Both the position numbers and the translations under genes were made by a program. The notes beneath the pieces were generated by a model. It was not told the origin of the DNA. It ran no database searches and saw only the letters and a program-made list of their open reading frames with translations. DNA of 64,000 nucleotides from Longimicrobiales bacterium (GTDB lineage: Bacteria > Gemmatimonadota > Gemmatimonadetes > Longimicrobiales > Gaopeijiaceae), in contig CAXXKM010000003.1 in assembly GCA_963664435.2 (NCBI GenBank), positions 1,312,001 through 1,376,000 of the forward strand, in the 5' to 3' direction. How positions within the stretch are numbered: the stretch's first letter is position 1; each line of letters begins with the position of its first letter. This document shows, piece after piece, positions 61,867 through 64,000 of this stretch.

Positions 61867-62667
61867 CTACCCCGCCTGAACGGAGTCCGACGGCGGGTCG
61901 GCCGCAGCTGAGATCCTCTCCTCCCGCTTGCGGTAGATCATGACCGAGAGCAGGATCGAGAATTCGTACAGAATGATCAGCGGCACCATCATGAGCAGCG
62001 TCACCATGATGACGTCACCCGGGGAGATGAGCGCCGCGACAATCGTGATCAGCAGGATGGCGTGCCGGCGCTTGTCGCGCAGGAACGCCGGCGTCACGAG
62101 GCCCAGAACGCTCAGGATCATGACCACCACGGGCAACTCGAAGATGATGCCGAACGCCACCAGGAGCTGAATGGTGAATCCGAAGTAGTCCTGGGCGGTC
62201 CACTGGGGCATCATGATTTCCGTCTGGAACCCGACCAGGAAATCCAGGCTGATCGGCAGCGCGATGTAGTAGGCCATCACCACGCCCAGAACGAAGAGCA
62301 CCAGGCCCATGTAGAGGGAGGGAACGATGACCCGCTTCTCGGCCTTCTTGAGCGCCGGCGCCAGAAACGACCAGATTTGATAGACGATGATGGGGAACAC
62401 CAGGAGGAACCCGACCAGGATCCCGTACTTGAGCGTAATGAAGAACGCGTCCGTGGGTCTCAGATTGATGAGCATCTGATCCTCGCCGAACAGCGCCTGG
62501 TAGGGCTGGAACAGGATGTCCATCGCGCGGCCGTAGTGAACCAGCAGGAACCCCGCCACTGCCCCGATCGCCAGCGCCAGCAGGCTCCACAGGATGCGCC
62601 AGCGAAGCTCCTCAAGGTGGTCGAGAAAAGGCATCTCTCCGGCAGGGTTCGGGGTTTTGCTGGGCAT
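61867..62667 (-). CDS. tatC: Twin-arginine translocase TatC
   Basis: MPFLDHLEELRWR, YQIW.F.APAL...E, FELP, ISPGD, LYE. Confidence 0.96.
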   Translation of the reverse strand: MPSKTPNPAGEMPFLDHLEELRWRILWSLLALAIGAVAGFLLVHYGRAMDILFQPYQALFGEDQMLINLRPTDAFFITLKYGILVGFLLVFPIIVYQIWSFLAPALKKAEKRVIVPSLYMGLVLFVLGVVMAYYIALPISLDFLVGFQTEIMMPQWTAQDYFGFTIQLLVAFGIIFELPVVVMILSVLGLVTPAFLRDKRRHAILLITIVAALISPGDVIMVTLLMMVPLIILYEFSILLSVMIYRKREERISAAADPPSDSVQAG

Positions 62668-62777
62668 GCGATGAGACTCCGCGGGTTACGGCCCGACCGA
62701 TGATCACGGAAAGATAATGACTCGACGGCGGAGGAACGGCGCCGGCAGCAGGCTTCCGCTGACGTTCCGCTCGCGCG

Positions 62778-63275
62778 TCAGATCGGAAGCTCGACCTGGT
62801 CCCTGGCCCGAAGGCTGCGTTCCCGCCGGAGGTTCAGGTCCGCGATCATCTCTTGGAACTCTTGGATATCCTGGAAGTTCCTGTACACGGAGGCGAAGCG
62901 GACGTAGGCAACCCGATCGAGCGGTTTGAGCGCTTCCATCACCATCTCGCCGATACGCGAACTCCGGACCTCACCGCCCCCCTCCACGGTGAGCGTGTAC
63001 TGGATGTTCCCGGCGATGGCGTCGATGGTGGAAGGGGAGACGGGGCGCTTGGCACAGGCCACCTGGATGCTGCGCACGAGTTTCGCGCGCTCGAAGTCCT
63101 CGGAGTCGCCGCGCGCCTTCAGGACCCGCAGCGGCCGCTCCTGGATGTACTCGTAGGTCGTGAATCGGCCACGGCACTCCTTGCATTCCCGGCGGCGGCG
63201 CACAGCCTGCCCCTGCCCGGTCGAGCGCGTATCAACCACGTGATTGTCGCGGCAACCACAGTGAGGACACCGCAT
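62778..63275 (-). CDS. nrdR: Transcriptional repressor NrdR
   Basis: MRCPHC, VDTR, RRRREC..C..RFTTYE, ATP cone, VAYVRFASVY. Confidence 0.97.
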   Translation of the reverse strand: MRCPHCGCRDNHVVDTRSTGQGQAVRRRRECKECRGRFTTYEYIQERPLRVLKARGDSEDFERAKLVRSIQVACAKRPVSPSTIDAIAGNIQYTLTVEGGGEVRSSRIGEMVMEALKPLDRVAYVRFASVYRNFQDIQEFQEMIADLNLRRERSLRARDQVELPI

Positions 63276-63330
63276 CCCGCACCTCCCGAGGGAACGTCGC
63301 TGGCGGGCAGCGCCGGCAGACCCTACAGCC

Positions 63331-63999
63331 TTATCGCAGCCGCCCGGTGACCTGCGCCTCCCCGGACCCGCCCTGGGGGATCTCCTGAAGTTTCTGCTGC
63401 GCGTCCTCCGCGACGTCGGAGTCGGGGAACCCGCTGATCACTCGTTCCAGCAGGTTGCGGGCCTCTTCCGTATCTCCGAGCTCGTCGTGGAGAAGCGCGG
63501 CACGGTAGAGCGCCTCCGGAACCCTCGGGGAGTCCGGGTACATCATGGGAACGCGCATGAACCCCTCGATCGCGTCCTCGAGGCGTTCCTCCTGCAGGTC
63601 GAGGTCGGAGAGGAAAAAGGTCGCGTCCCCGGCGAGTTCGTGATTCGGGTAGTTGGCGAGGAACTCGTCGAAACCGCGGCGAGCGGTGACGTTCGAGCCC
63701 CGGTTGTACATCACCAGGGCTGCCTCGAAATGCGCGTCGGGCCCTTCGACATCCTCCAACGGAAGCCCGACGTCGCCCGAGTCCTGAACGACGACGGGCG
63801 CCCGCTGCATCATTTCGACCTGGTCGCGCAGGGAGGCCATGGCTCGCTGGCTCTGGCCTTCAACCTCGATGAGGATCAGGATCTGCTGGAGGAGTTCATC
63901 CAGCCTCTGCAGTACCTCTCGGCGCAACTCCAGATAGAGACCCGTCTGGCCCGAAAGGGTGTCCTGACCGGCGCGAACCAGCGTCTCGAAGTCGGCCAG
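63331..63999 (-). CDS. cpoB: CpoB/YbgF-like TPR protein (5' end beyond window)
   Basis: Coiled coil plus F..F...YP...LA..A.F, YPDS..VPEALY, FPDS..A; frame stays open to the window edge. Confidence 0.78.
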   Translation of the reverse strand: MADFETLVRAGQDTLSGQTGLYLELRREVLQRLDELLQQILILIEVEGQSQRAMASLRDQVEMMQRAPVVVQDSGDVGLPLEDVEGPDAHFEAALVMYNRGSNVTARRGFDEFLANYPNHELAGDATFFLSDLDLQEERLEDAIEGFMRVPMMYPDSPRVPEALYRAALLHDELGDTEEARNLLERVISGFPDSDVAEDAQQKLQEIPQGGSGEAQVTGRLR

Positions 64000-64000
64000 A

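Overview
High-GC bacterial chromosome segment, densely packed with about 60 protein genes, nearly all on the minus strand and often coupled by 4-nt start/stop overlaps. The content is mostly housekeeping: cofactor and one-carbon metabolism (thiL, nnr, glyA, coaD, bioY, ftcD), acyl-CoA and branched-chain amino acid catabolism, an STAS/RsbW/PP2C partner-switching module, replication and repair (recJ, dnaG, mutS2, dprA, DnaQ-like), hemW-hrcA-dnaJ-prmA, obgE, translation (prfA-prmC, efp, rsmA, rsmD), envelope biogenesis (lnt, lolA, ftsK, ppiD, tatA/C, LptD-like, CpoB-like), accBC, aroQ and nrdR. The gene repertoire suggests a diderm such as Gemmatimonadota (inference only). I found no tRNA, rRNA, CRISPR array, transposase or integrase. 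The most notable non-routine items are: (i) a three-gene cassette (CPAF/tricorn-like S41 lipoprotein protease, DAACS symporter, Cys-less class-V PLP enzyme) between tmk and ctpA, with a possible junction scar and a highly structured intergenic region; (ii) a tandem palindromic operator, NrdR-box-like with 21-bp spacing, directly upstream of tmk; (iii) two candidate sigma54 promoters and two candidate leaderless genes; (iv) an orphan plus-strand ORF converging on prmA. All product calls come from motif recognition by eye, not database searches.
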